Origin: a virus | IMG/VR virus record: IMGVR_UViG_3300022468_000627 | Location: 27,892-91,891 of that record | Strand: one strand, 5' to 3' | DNA: 64,000 nucleotides | Part shown: positions 35,715-47,100 of the stretch, piece after piece | How the letters are laid out: each line of letters starts with the position of its first letter | How positions within the stretch are numbered: position 1 is the stretch's first letter | Translations under genes and position numbers: made by a program | Notes under the pieces: model-generated | What the model saw: the letters and a program-made list of their open reading frames with translations, nothing else | Told to the model about the DNA's origin: nothing | Databases searched by the model: none

Positions 35715-35957
35715 TTATGCCAGTGCAGCCCGGGCTTGTGCGATGACCTGCTGCAGCCGACCGCGCTCCTCGACCATCTCCATGTAGGCATCGGGCTCGC
35801 TGGTGGACTTGGCCTGCGCGGCGGGCAGCTTGCCCTCGATGTCATCGAGCAGGTGCTGTGCGCGCTCCAAAATCTGGCGCTCCATCGCCTCGGTCTGCTG
35901 CGCCATGGCGCCCAGCTCGCCAAGCTGGCGGCGGGTGTTCTCGATGTGCTGCGTCAC
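35715..35957 (-). CDS. Hypothetical coiled-coil protein
   Basis: 80 aa from GTG 35957 (GTGA overlap with the upstream stop). The track ORF is 5'-extended. Confidence 0.5.
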   Translation of the reverse strand: MTQHIENTRRQLGELGAMAQQTEAMERQILERAQHLLDDIEGKLPAAQAKSTSEPDAYMEMVEERGRLQQVIAQARAALA

Positions 35958-36166
35958 TTGCTGACCTCGGACAGGCACCAAGCCCGCATGTCGGGCTGGC
36001 GGATGTTGTAGCACTGCGAGCGCTCACGGTGCACGCGCGCCAGGCAGTAGCTGCGGGCGTCGCCGTCCGCGATGTTGTAGCAGGCGCCCGAGTGGGGCTG
36101 CTGGGCGTTGGCGGGCACGGCAACCAGGGCGGAAAGCAGAAGGGCGAAAAGGGCAGGCTTGATCAT
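35954..36166 (-). CDS. Small secreted Cys-repeat protein
   Basis: 70 aa from ATG 36166. Signal peptide MIKPALFALLLSALVAVPANA, then two CYNI..D.R.(Y/W)CL repeats. Confidence 0.55.
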   Translation of the reverse strand: MIKPALFALLLSALVAVPANAQQPHSGACYNIADGDARSYCLARVHRERSQCYNIRQPDMRAWCLSEVSK

Positions 36167-36179
36167 GAATTGAGTGTAA

Positions 36180-39100
36180 TCAAAAAAGAGCATCCTGTGA
36201 ATCCTGCTGCAGCACCTGCCGGTGCTTGAGGAAGTGCGCGATCCCGGTGTCGTCCAGGCCTTCCATGGACGACGTCATGAGCTCACGCAGCCCGTACTTC
36301 TTGGACAGGCGTTCGCGCGCCTTGTGCACCTCAGGGTGGTCAGCCACGCCGTCGATCAGCTCGACGTCGTTCTTCTGCCCCGTGCGGAAAATCCGGCCCT
36401 GGCGCTGGGCGTGGGTCATGGCGGTCTGCGGCGTGTCGAACTGGTAGAGCCACTGGCCGCGCTGGATGTTCATGCCCGTGGCCCCGGCGTCGCTCGCCAC
36501 CAGGATGTCCGCCCCGGGCTCGCCGCCCTCTGGGTTGAACAGCAAGCGCTTGCGCTCCTTGTCCTTGCCGCTGTCGCTGCCGGTGATCGTCACCACGCGG
36601 TGCCCGGCCTTCTCCAGGCGCTCGGCCAGCATCTTCACGGCCTCGCGGTTGTGCGCGAACACCACGCCCGGCTTGCCCTTGCGCGCGGAGGCGTGATTGA
36701 GCACGTCGTCAACCAGCGGGTTGTCAGGATGCGTGTTGATGACCCGCTGCACCGCCGACGACTTCATGATGCCCAGGCTCTGCTGGAGCTGGCGGGCGAC
36801 GTCCTGGTGCTCGGCCTCGGGCACGCCCTCGAACGAGGCCGGGCTGATCGCCTTCATGGCGTCCACGTCCACCTTGCCCTCCATGCGGGCGATGCGGGCG
36901 CTGGTGAAATGCTTGTCTAACTCGGCAAGCGAATCCTGCTGCCCCTTAGACAAGGAAACCTTCGATTCCTTGCGGTCTGCGCGGACGTCGGGGTCGATCT
37001 TGCTTGGATAAACATGGCGTGCCATCTCGCGCCGTAGACTATCTTTCGAGGCCAGCGTGTCGGCGCCATACCGGCGCATGAAGGCGTCCCGGTCAGCGTA
37101 GCGGCCCGGGTCCATCTTGTGCATGAGGTCGAACACCTCGCTGGCGTCGTTCTTCACCGGATCGCCGCTGGCCGCGACGTAGTAGGGCGTGTGCTCGCTC
37201 AGGGCGTCGACGACGTTCGCCAGGCCGCTGTTCTCCTTGCCCGCACGGTTGAGCGTGTACTGGCTCTCATCGGTGGTCAGGTAGTCGAAGTCGATGCCCT
37301 CGCGGTCCATGATGCTGCGCATCCAGGCCTTGCGCTCGGCAGGCGCCATGGCCTGCAGGCGGTCGGACATTTCAGCCGGGCTGATCCCAGCGTGCTGGGC
37401 GCCGAGGTGCATCATGTCGTCGCGGAACGACTGGTGCGTCATGACGCAGAAATGGTGCTCGGGGTTCTTGTAGGCCTTGATGCGCTCCTCGCGGCTCGCG
37501 CCTGGCTCGCAGTGCCAATTGAACTTGCCCGGCTGCAGGTAGCGCAGGGCCTCGCCGCTGAACTGGCCCTGCACGATGCTGGGCACCAGGAACAGGCCGC
37601 GCTTCGCCTTGCCCTGGCCGTGCAGGTGCGTGAACGCCGCCATCTGCAGCAGGGACTTGCCAGAGCCGGTGCCGAACGCCGCCACGACGCGCTTGTTTGC
37701 CTCTACCAGCTTCACCAGGCGCTGGCGGGCGTAGTTCTTGCCGCCGCTCATCGTGGGGTTCCACAGCTTGACCTGCTGGCCCGGCTTAAAGTTCTTGCCG
37801 ACCTGGTTCATCATGCCGGCGATCTGCCGCTCGGCCACATGGCCCACGGTGTAGCGCTCGTCGCCAGCCAGCGCCGCCGGCGCGGCGTCCTCGCTGGGCG
37901 GGGCATCGTCGGCGCCAAAGAACCCCATCTGCGCCTGCTCGAATGCCTCCTGCTGCTGGCGCGCGGCGTCGAGCTTGTCTGAGACCGCGCCCGAGGCGTA
38001 GCGCCCCTGCACGCGCTCGCGCAGGCCGTCCACCAGCTCGCGTTCGCGGTTCATGCGCTCCTCGCGCGCGGCCGGGTCCACGGCGTCGAGGTGGTTGAGG
38101 TTGTTGCGGATGACCTGCCGGCCGATCTTGATGGGCCGGCCGGGGTTGAGCCGGTTGTGGTTGTCGGCGAAGGACCGCGCCACGTTGGACTTGATCATGT
38201 CCTGCAGCGCCTCGTAGGCCTTCTCGTGGCCGTGCATGACGTCGATGTAGCGGTTCCAGTCCAGCCCTGCCGCCGTCATCTTGCCGGCCACATCGTCACG
38301 CTGTGCCTTCCACTCCTGCCACTCGGGGTTGGCAGCAGTCTCGCCGAACATGTCCGTCGTCTCGCGCTCGGGCTCGCTGCCGTCCAGGCGCTCCAGCTCG
38401 GCGCGGTGCGCGGCCTGCTCGGGGTTCTCCTTCGCCACGTTGCGGTAGAAGAACTCGCGCAGCGCGCGCTGATCCTGGGGCGTGAGCTCACCCAGCTGCT
38501 TGAACGCGGCCACGCCCTCGGGGTGCTCGGAAAGCGCCCGGTGCAGGGCGTCCACCGACCGCTGGTCGACCTTGAACTGCTGGCTGTTGAGCGCCGACCG
38601 CTCGCCGCCGTAGCGCTGCTGCACGAAGGCGTCGGCCAGATCGTTGAAGTAGCCAGCCCGGGACTCGGCGCGCACCAGCTTGCCGCGCTCGTCGCGCGTG
38701 GGCGCGATGTGCTCCAGCACCTGCATGTACTCGTCGCGGCGGTCGCCCACCTTCTGCAGCATGTCGAACGACAGAAGGTCGGCGTAGATGTCGGCCGGCG
38801 TGTCGCCGTCGGCGGCGCGGCCGCCGATGTAGTCCTTGATGGCCTGGGCCATGGCCTCGCTGCCGGGTGCACCTGGCGGCTGGAACGGCTCAGCCAGGCG
38901 CGGCGCCACGCCTGGCTTCACGTCCATGCCCAGGTCGGGCCGGTTCGCCACCCCCAACGGCAGCCAGCCATCCTCATCGTGGTCGCCGCGGATGATCGCC
39001 AGGTTGCGCTTGACCTGCTCGACGTCGTCGCGGCTCACGGGCTTGGCCAGCCGGTCGAGGCCAGCGGCCTTGATGGTCAGGAAGGTGTCGCCGGCAACGG

Positions 39101-40748
39101 ACTCCAGCGTGTAGTCGCCGCGCTGCAGGCCGATGGCGCGGACGCGGCGGATGGCGTCCTCGATGCCGACCTTGCCGAGCGAGCCCTGCCACTGGTCCTT
39201 GGCGCCCTGCTTGAGCGCCACGGACAGGGCCGCGTTGGCCTCCATCTCGCCCAGGGCCTGGCCTAGGATCTTCTGCGCGTCGCCGACCGCTTTGCGCCGG
39301 CGGCCGTTCAGCTCCTGCGCCACCTGCAGGTCCGCGCCGGTGGCGGCCTCGCCCAGCTCGATTTCCTTGGCGGCCTCCATCAGCTCCCGGGCCTCGCCCA
39401 GCGCCTCCTGGCTGGTCGCCATGTAGTGGTGCAGGTGAAATTCCTGCACGCCCTCGGTGATGCGCTCAGCGTCCTCGGGCAGATCCTGGTGGATTCGTCG
39501 CGCCAGCACCTGCGCAGCGCCGGCGATGCCCAGCACGTCCACGACCGAGCGATCCACCAGTGCCTCGCCGCCCACGGCCAGCGCCAGGCTGTTGATGCTG
39601 TTGTAGGCGCCGATGCCGATGTGCTTGCCCAAGGTCTCCTCGGGCCGGTCGCCCGCCAGCCGCTTGAACTCGGACAGGAAGGCTTGGGTCTGCGCCGTGC
39701 GCAGGTCGTTGTTCAGCTCCTCGGCCAGCTTGGCGTCATCGTCGGGGCTGGCGGTGTACTCCAGCACGAACGCCTTGGGCTCGGCCGCTGTGCTGTTGAT
39801 CTTGGCGGCCTGCTCGCGGGCCTTCTGCTGCACCTGCTTGAGCCGCTTGGCGGCCTTGAGCATGTCCACCGCCTTGCGGGTGTCGGCCAAGGTCGCCCGG
39901 GCGTCCGGCGCCGCTGGCTCGCGGATGCCCTCCAGTTCGTGCTGCAGCAGCTTGGCGGTCTCGCCGCGCTGCACGGCAGCCCGGCGCTGTCCCTCGGTCA
40001 TCTGAGCCTGCTTGGCCGCTTTCACCTTGTCCGCCTCAGCCTTGAGGTCGGCGTCGGTCAGGCCGGCGTCCTCGGCACGGCCCTTGAAGTCGGAGCTGAA
40101 ACCCAGGCCGCCGGACTTCTCTGGGATCGGCGCCAGGTCCTGCACGGACAGGGTTTCGGGGTCCTTGGCGTCGAGCGGAACCTCGCCAATCCCGGCCTCC
40201 ATGCGGCTCGCGTGGTCGGCCACCAGGCGCTGGCGCTGCATGTCCACGGCCTGCATGGCGCGCGCCAGGACGGTGTTGTGGTGCTTGACCCGCAGCTTGG
40301 CCTGGGCAGCGTCGGACAGGTGCGCGTAGTCCTGCTCGGGGAATTCGAGGTCTTTGGCCTCCCAGCCAAGGGACTGAGCCACGGTCTGCACAAACTCGCG
40401 CTCATGCTGGCGCTGCTGGGCGCGCAGGTCTTCCTTGGCCTTGTTCTTGGCCGCGACCACGCCGGCCGCCTTGTCTCGCTCGCGCTGGGCCTTGGCTTCT
40501 TCCTTCTTGGCCGCGCGCCGTTCTTCGGCTTCCTTCTTGTACTCGGATTCCTTGCGGACGTGGCGCAGCTTGAGGTAGTTCAGCTTGCCGCCGGCGCCGC
40601 CGATGACGTGGGCGCTGCCGTCAGGGTTTGGCTGGATCAGGACCGGCTGGCCCGGGCCGCTGTCGCCGTTGGGGTGAACGGTGATCCACCGGGCGTTTGG
40701 TGGCAAAGCGGCTTTCAGAAAGAGGACGGGGCGGACTTTGGGCAGCAT
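36180..40748 (-). CDS. Giant (1522 aa) helicase-containing protein, candidate virion-packaged effector
   Basis: Walker A AAFGTGSGKS (about nt 37653-37673), DExx YLTTDESQ, helicase-C blocks ASDAGATGMNIQ..QFDTPQTAMTHAQRQGRIFRTGQ. About 1000 aa of non-enzymatic N-terminal region. Leaderless-type motif h upstream. Confidence 0.85.
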   Translation of the reverse strand: MLPKVRPVLFLKAALPPNARWITVHPNGDSGPGQPVLIQPNPDGSAHVIGGAGGKLNYLKLRHVRKESEYKKEAEERRAAKKEEAKAQRERDKAAGVVAAKNKAKEDLRAQQRQHEREFVQTVAQSLGWEAKDLEFPEQDYAHLSDAAQAKLRVKHHNTVLARAMQAVDMQRQRLVADHASRMEAGIGEVPLDAKDPETLSVQDLAPIPEKSGGLGFSSDFKGRAEDAGLTDADLKAEADKVKAAKQAQMTEGQRRAAVQRGETAKLLQHELEGIREPAAPDARATLADTRKAVDMLKAAKRLKQVQQKAREQAAKINSTAAEPKAFVLEYTASPDDDAKLAEELNNDLRTAQTQAFLSEFKRLAGDRPEETLGKHIGIGAYNSINSLALAVGGEALVDRSVVDVLGIAGAAQVLARRIHQDLPEDAERITEGVQEFHLHHYMATSQEALGEARELMEAAKEIELGEAATGADLQVAQELNGRRRKAVGDAQKILGQALGEMEANAALSVALKQGAKDQWQGSLGKVGIEDAIRRVRAIGLQRGDYTLESVAGDTFLTIKAAGLDRLAKPVSRDDVEQVKRNLAIIRGDHDEDGWLPLGVANRPDLGMDVKPGVAPRLAEPFQPPGAPGSEAMAQAIKDYIGGRAADGDTPADIYADLLSFDMLQKVGDRRDEYMQVLEHIAPTRDERGKLVRAESRAGYFNDLADAFVQQRYGGERSALNSQQFKVDQRSVDALHRALSEHPEGVAAFKQLGELTPQDQRALREFFYRNVAKENPEQAAHRAELERLDGSEPERETTDMFGETAANPEWQEWKAQRDDVAGKMTAAGLDWNRYIDVMHGHEKAYEALQDMIKSNVARSFADNHNRLNPGRPIKIGRQVIRNNLNHLDAVDPAAREERMNRERELVDGLRERVQGRYASGAVSDKLDAARQQQEAFEQAQMGFFGADDAPPSEDAAPAALAGDERYTVGHVAERQIAGMMNQVGKNFKPGQQVKLWNPTMSGGKNYARQRLVKLVEANKRVVAAFGTGSGKSLLQMAAFTHLHGQGKAKRGLFLVPSIVQGQFSGEALRYLQPGKFNWHCEPGASREERIKAYKNPEHHFCVMTHQSFRDDMMHLGAQHAGISPAEMSDRLQAMAPAERKAWMRSIMDREGIDFDYLTTDESQYTLNRAGKENSGLANVVDALSEHTPYYVAASGDPVKNDASEVFDLMHKMDPGRYADRDAFMRRYGADTLASKDSLRREMARHVYPSKIDPDVRADRKESKVSLSKGQQDSLAELDKHFTSARIARMEGKVDVDAMKAISPASFEGVPEAEHQDVARQLQQSLGIMKSSAVQRVINTHPDNPLVDDVLNHASARKGKPGVVFAHNREAVKMLAERLEKAGHRVVTITGSDSGKDKERKRLLFNPEGGEPGADILVASDAGATGMNIQRGQWLYQFDTPQTAMTHAQRQGRIFRTGQKNDVELIDGVADHPEVHKARERLSKKYGLRELMTSSMEGLDDTGIAHFLKHRQVLQQDSQDALF

Positions 40749-40754
40749 CCGCCC

Positions 40755-40770
40755 ATCGTAGGGTCACGAC
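40755..40770 (-). promoter_or_regulatory. Conserved late-promoter-like motif (copy h)
   Basis: Minus strand GTCGTGAC CC TACGAT, then GGGCGG, then ATG 40748. Confidence 0.5.
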
Positions 40771-40771
40771 C

Positions 40772-41101
40772 TCAAAGCCCGCCCGCGTCCGGGTCCACCA
40801 GCCGGAACGTGCCGCCGCCGGCCAGGTCTTCGACCTCGCTGCCGCCCAGGTTGAAACTGGCGTTCTTGCGGTACTCCTCGACGGCCGCCGCCAAGGCCTC
40901 CTGCAGGTCGGCGTGGTGCGGCATGCGGGCGGTCACGTCGGTGTCGATGTGGTCGCCCAGCAGGTGCAGGTTGTCGCGGGTGTAGAAGCGCAGCAGGGCG
41001 CGCTTGACAAGGTACCAGTAGACCCCGAAGGCGCGGTACCGGCGGGGGTCATCCTGGAGCAGCTGCAGCGTGCTGGCCGCGAAGGTTTTCGGGTCGATCA
41101 T
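40772..41101 (-). CDS. Hypothetical protein
   Basis: 109-aa ORF. ATGA overlap with the stop of the 2065-aa gene. Confidence 0.6.
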   Translation of the reverse strand: MIDPKTFAASTLQLLQDDPRRYRAFGVYWYLVKRALLRFYTRDNLHLLGDHIDTDVTARMPHHADLQEALAAAVEEYRKNASFNLGGSEVEDLAGGGTFRLVDPDAGGL

Positions 41102-44100
41102 GCGGCCTCCTTGGTGGATTCGCGGGCACTGGCGGCCTGCAGGTATTCGTCGATCACGTCACCCAGCTTACGGCCTGCACGGCGCTGTCCCTCGGGGTCG
41201 TAGCCGTAACCGCTGGGCGCCGAAAACGGACCACCCAGGTTGTACTGGCGAAGCTGACCAACGGTTTGATCAAGGATGCCCATGCGGCCGGCCACCTTCT
41301 TGATCAGGTTCAGCGTGCGCACGCTCTGGCTGTAGTGCCCGGCGATCGCCCGCAACGTGGCTTCATCGTTCTTGCTCAGGCCGTGGCGATCGCCGGACTC
41401 AGCAATGGCCTCGGCGAGGTCATTGTGGCCGCTGTTGCGCGCCATGCGGATCAGCGCGGCATGCTTGGTCTGGTTTTCGCCGCCAGTCGCGTAGCCGTCA
41501 TGGCCCACAGTGCCCACCTTGTCGTCCAGCTCGCCCAGGTGGCGCATCCGGGCCCAAGCCAGCGCCAGCGCCTCTTTCGGGTAGCTGGCCTTGAAGTCGC
41601 GCGCGTAGCCGCCCTCGGCCTTGCCGCCCAGCTTCGCCAGCGGGAACAGCGCATTCAGCACCTCGTGCCCAGCCTTGGCGCGTCGGATGGTTTGCATCTG
41701 CTCGTCCTGCAGCCGGGCCTTGGCCTCCTTCTCCAGCGCCGACGACACGCCGTACATCCGCTGGCCGCTTAGGCTGTCCAGTAGCCCCTTCATGGGATTG
41801 ATGTGCCGATCGCTGTAGCTTGCGCCCTGGTACTCGCGCGCCGCCAGCACGTCATAGCCACCGCTGCGCGGTCCACGCCCCTTGGACCGGTTGACCGACC
41901 GGCTGCTGATACGGGCGCCGCGCCGCGCGTCCATCCATGCCTGAATGGCTTTCTCTTTCGCCGCCTCGGTGGGAAGCAGGTAGTCGTGAGTCTCGTGCTT
42001 GTCCTTGGTCGAGTAGCTCGGCACCTTCTCGATCTTGCCCGTAGCCTTCTCAACCATGTAGGCGTCGCCCAGGTCGTGAAAGCCCTTGTACGAGGCCTTC
42101 GCATCCTTGATCTGCCGCTGAATCAGGTCGTTGTTTTTCTCCAACACAGCCGACGGCATGGCCTTCACATCCTCCCACTTGGTGAGGCTGTTCAGCTTCT
42201 CGTTGGCGGCGGACTCCATGGCCTTGCCCACCTCCTCGGCCTCGGCGTTCTTGTCGAAGTCGTAGGGCTTGGCGTCGCTCAGCTCGGACATGGGCAGCGT
42301 CACCTTGTGGCCGCCGCTCGTGTCGGCGTAGCGCCGCATGGTCACGGTGCCGGCCTTCATGTTGACGCCCGTCACCACCATCTTGCCGTCCTTGGCGAAG
42401 TCCAGGCCGACGTCGGCGGTCAGCACCGTGCCGGTCTGGGGGTGGATCAGCACGTCGGTCGCGCTGTCGAGCGCGGCCTTGGCCGACCAGTATTTGTTGT
42501 TGAACAGGCTGGTCTTGGTGGCCTCGATTTTTTGGCGCAGCCGCTGGGCGCTGGTCGTGTTCTTGTTCTTGAGCGAGCCGTAGCTGCGCGACATTTCGGT
42601 GAAGCGCACGAACTCGGCCTGGGCGTCGGAGCGCTTGCCGGCGTCATAGCGGGCGGTGGCCGATGCCTTGTCCTCCGCGTACTTCTTGCGGGCCTCCTCC
42701 GGGTCGGCCGCCAGCATGATGCGCATGTCCTCGTTCGAGAACGAGCCCTCGCGCGCCAGGTTCTCGACGCGGTCGCCGCCGTTCCACAACAGGTCCTGCC
42801 AATCCTTCTTGGCCGCCACGGCCTGGTAGCGGTAGCCGTCGAAGCTGCCCTTGGACAGGTAGGTGTGGATGCGCAGCGACTCGTTCATGTTGCCCTGGCG
42901 CAGGCCGCGCCCGTTGCGCTGCTGCAGCGTGGCGGGCTCCCACGGCACGTCCATGTGGTGGATGTCGGTCGTGGTCTTCTGCATGTTCAGGCCCTCGGCC
43001 ATCGTGGCGTTGCCCACCACGACCTTGAGCTTGCCGGCGTTGAAGGCGTTGGCGATGTTCTGCCGCTTCACCGCCGAGCCGGCGACCTGGGCGTTGATGA
43101 CGCCGATCTCCTCGCGCTTGAACCCGGCATCGACCAGGGCGGCCACGATCTTGTCGTGGCTGTCGATGTACTCGCTGAACACGATCTGGCCGCCGTCCTT
43201 GCCGCCCTCGACGCACTGCTTCGCCAGGTGCGCGTACTTCGGGCTGCTGGCGCCGCCGTACTTGGCCTTGTCCAGCAGGGACAGGTCCAGCGCCGCCTTG
43301 TTCATCTTGTCCATGATGGCGAAAATGTGCGCGTCGCCGGTGGCGTCCTTCTTGCCAGCCGACTCCTCGGCCAGCTCGCGCAGCTCGGCGTAGACGGCCT
43401 GCTGCGCCGGGCTCATGTCCACCAGGTGCAGCCGGTCGTCGCGCTCGGGCAGCTTGAGCCCCACCTGGTCGGCGGTGCGACGGTCGATGTAGCGCGCCAT
43501 GATCTCGCGCAGCTCGTCCAGGTTCTTGAACCCGGACACCACGGTGGCGTCCTCGATGTCGCCGCCGGTGCCCAGCACCTTGTCGGCCTTGAACTCGCAG
43601 AAGCGGTCCAGGAACTCCTCGCTGTTGCGGATCTTGATGCGCTCAAAGGCCTCGGGCGCGATGTGCGACAGCATGGAGTAAATCTCCAGCGGGCTGTTCT
43701 TGGTCGGCGTGGCCGTCAGGCCGTAGACGTTCTTCCCGCCGTTGTTGTCGCGCACCCACCGGGTCTTGAGGTTGAAGTCGAGCGCGCGGTTCGACAGCCC
43801 CTGTCCGCCCAGGAATTTCGGCTGCTCGCCGAACCGGGCCCGGGCGGCGTACAGGTTCTTCTGGTGGTGCATTTCGTCCTGGATCAGCATGTCCGCGCCG
43901 AGCTCGTTGAAGTAGATGGCGTCGGTGCGGTCGCTAAACTCGCGCTGGGCGATGTGCTGCTCGTAGCGCTCCTTGATGGCCTTGCGCCGCTTGTCGCCGG
44001 CGTTGCCCAAGGACTCGCCACGCTGCACCCAGAAGTCGTCGCTGTAGTAGCGCTCCTTGGTCTCGGGATCGAGGTCGACCTCCTCGAACGCCGGCTCGCT

Positions 44101-47100
44101 GATCAGGATGAAATCGTAGTCGTTCTGGCGCAGGTCGTGGTACTTGCGTTTTCGCTCGCTCGCCGAGTCGTCCTTGCCGATCAGCGAGCCGTCTTTGGCC
44201 CGGCTGAAATTCGCGCCGACGGTCAGCACGCGGGCGCCCGGGAACCAGGTCTCGGCCTCCTCAAACCAGTTGGCCAGCACCGACTTGGGCACCACGATGA
44301 TCGGGCGCTTGGCCTGGCCGTTGACCTTCGCCATGCGCGCCAGCAGCAGGCCGCCCAAGGTTTTTCCCAGGCCCACGTCGTCGGCCACGATGCCCTTGCC
44401 CAGCGCCAGGGACTTGCGCAGGCTCGACCAGCGCCAGTCGCGCACCGTGCGGTCGGCGGCCAGGCCGGGCACGTCGATGGGCGAATTGCTGAACTCGGGG
44501 GCCACGTAGCCCCGGAAGCTGCGGTTGTAGAGGTCTTCGACGCGGTCGCGGTGGGTGCTGCCGCACAGCCACTCCTTGAACTCCGCATTCATGGCCTCGA
44601 CGCGCGGCAGGTCCTCCTCCTTCCGAATGCCGGTGCGGTTGAGGTACTTGTCGATCAGCTTGGTGTCGCCGTACTGGTTGCCGCCAGCCACGTGGTACAG
44701 GCCGTCGGCGAACGTGATCTCGACGGGCGCTTGCTTCTTGGTCCAGTCATTGGCCTCCGGCCCATCGAACTGGCGCCAGTTGAGGTACGCGGCCAGGACG
44801 TCGGTGGGCACGAACGCGCTGTTCATCTGGAAATCGACGTCATCCAGCGACTTCGCGTCGATTGCCTTCTCCAGGCGCTCGACCTGCAGGCGGCGCTTGT
44901 CGGCCATGTCAGGCTCGGAGCCGGCCTCCAAGGCCGCCCGCGCAGCGTCCAGCTTGGGCCACAGCTCGCCGGTCAGGTAGGCGTCCATCGTGGTCCACTG
45001 GCCGCCGCCGGCGTAAGCGTAGCGCGGGTCGGCCGCCAGCTGGTCCAGCACCTCGTCGGCATTCTTGCCCAGGCGCTCGGACAGCTCGCCGGCCGTGAAC
45101 GTGCCGCTGTCGCGCTCCAGCGCCATGCTTTGGGCGGCGCTGTCGAACGTGCCCTCGGTCTTGCGCGTTCGCCCGGCCACCAGGTCGGACAGCTTGCCCT
45201 GGCGGTCCACGGCGCCGATCAGCGCGTACAGGCTCTTGTCGGCCATGGCGGCCGCCATCAGCTCGGGGTCGTCAGCCGGCACGCCGTGCTTCTCGACGTA
45301 GGCGCGAATGCGTGCCTCCAGCGCCGGGCGGTCAACGGCCTCCATGCCGGACGCCAGCCGGCCAATGTCGGCGGCCAGCTCCTGCGCCTGGCTGATCGAC
45401 TCGGTCTGCATGAACTCGTCGAGGCGGTGCCAGCGCGGCGGGTCGCCCTGCAGGATCAGGGTGACGCCATCCACCACCTTGGTGTCGCCCACCTTGGCGG
45501 CGTTGGCGTAGGGCCGGCGGAACGCTGCCGAGATGGCGCGCTCCTTGGCGGCCTCGTCGTCGCCCAGCGCCTCCAGCACCTGGTGCATGGACACGGGCGC
45601 TGTCTCGGCCGCCGGGCGGAACGCGGCGATCTCCTCGGGCACGCCCTGCATGGAGCCTTCGACCGTGATGTCGCTGCCCATGCCGGCCTTGGCGCGCCAG
45701 CCCTCGGTCATCGTGCCCAGCACGTTCTCGGCGCCGCGGCCCGTGAAGTAGCCGCCGGCCAGAAACTCCTCGTCCCAGACGCCCAGCTTCTGCAGCGTGG
45801 CCTGGTCAACCGTGCCCAGCGCGCCGGCCACGTCGTCTGGCCGCTTGCGGAAGTAGACGACGTCGGTCGTCACCTCGGTGTGCGAGTGCTCGAACGCCGT
45901 GTTGGGCATGCGCTGGGCGCCCAGGAATTCGCCCTTGCGCAGCAGGTTCTCGCGGAACGCCCGGGCCGACTTGCTGTCCATGATGCCGGTCGGCACCACC
46001 AGCGCCACCAGGCCGCCGGGCTTGCACTTGTCCAGCGCGGTGTCGGTGAAATACTGCTCGGCCGTGCTGATGTTGACCTTGTCGTCCTTCGCCAGGAAGC
46101 CGCGTGGGCCGTAAGGCGGGTTGCCGATGACCACGTCGAACTGGCGGTCATCGGTCGTGGCGAATCGCTCGAAGCCGGATGTGATGATCTCGTGTCGGTC
46201 GCCGTGCAGCGCGTGGGCCGCCTGGGCGCTGGTCGGGTCCAGCTCGACGCCGGTCACGCGCACGCCGGCCGGCGCCGTGTGCAGGAACACGCCGGTCGCG
46301 CAGCTCGGCTCCAGGGCTGTGCCGTGCTGGAAGCCCAGCGCCTGCAGCGCAGTCCACATGCCGCGCGCCACGTCGGGGTCGGTGTAGAACTCGTTCAGGC
46401 TGTCGCCACAGCCGCCGTTGCCGCTGTACTGGCGGAACTGCGCCAGATCGCCGGCGGTGAACGGGCCGCCCTCGGCCAGGCGCTCGACGACGGCGGCGTT
46501 GATGGCGCGGCGCTTGGCCTTGCTGGTGCCGGCGGCCACGCCGAACGGGGCCGCGGGCTCGTGGGCAACGGCTTGGGTCGGCGCGGGCTCGGGAGCCGGT
46601 GCCGGGGTAGGCTCAGGCGCTGCGGGCGCCCGGGCCTCGACGGGTTTGTTCTTGAGGTGCTTTTCCCGGATGAACCAGCCGCCCTGGTGGCGCATGGTGT
46701 ACGGGTCGATCTCCCGGGCCTGCGCTTCGGTCAGGTCGGTGCGCACGACGCCGCGCAGCACCTTGCCCTTCTTGGCGGTGCGGTACTCGACGAGCGGGAG
46801 GTCGGGCGCGGGCGCGGCCGCAGGAATCGGTTTTGCGCTGGGCTCGGGTTCCGCAACCGGTTTTGCGCTGGCGGAATCGGTTTTGGGCGCCTCGGGCGCC
46901 TGGCTGAACAGGTCGGCCTGCTTCTCGGCTGCGGGCTCGGCCTGGGCCGGCTTGGGCGCCGCGCCCAGCATCGCCCATACCGCCTCGGGCGTGGTCTTGC
47001 CCACCTCGGCCATCTTGGCGATCAGCTGCTGCTGTTGCCCCTCGGGTAGGCCAGCCAGGATCTTCGCCATGCCGGCCGGGCCGCCGTAGCGCCCCAGGAA

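Noticed and set aside
41803-47049. Very long plus-strand ORF (1748 aa) antisense to the methylase-helicase gene. Similar cases are 19923..22085 (+), 29536..31857 (+), 36222.. and 39426..40985 (+), and many others.
   Set aside because: These are shadow ORFs typical of high-GC DNA. Their products are Arg/Gly/Ala/His/Leu-rich low-complexity sequence with no motifs and a wrong-phase GC3 pattern. The opposite strand encodes motif-bearing, operon-packed proteins.
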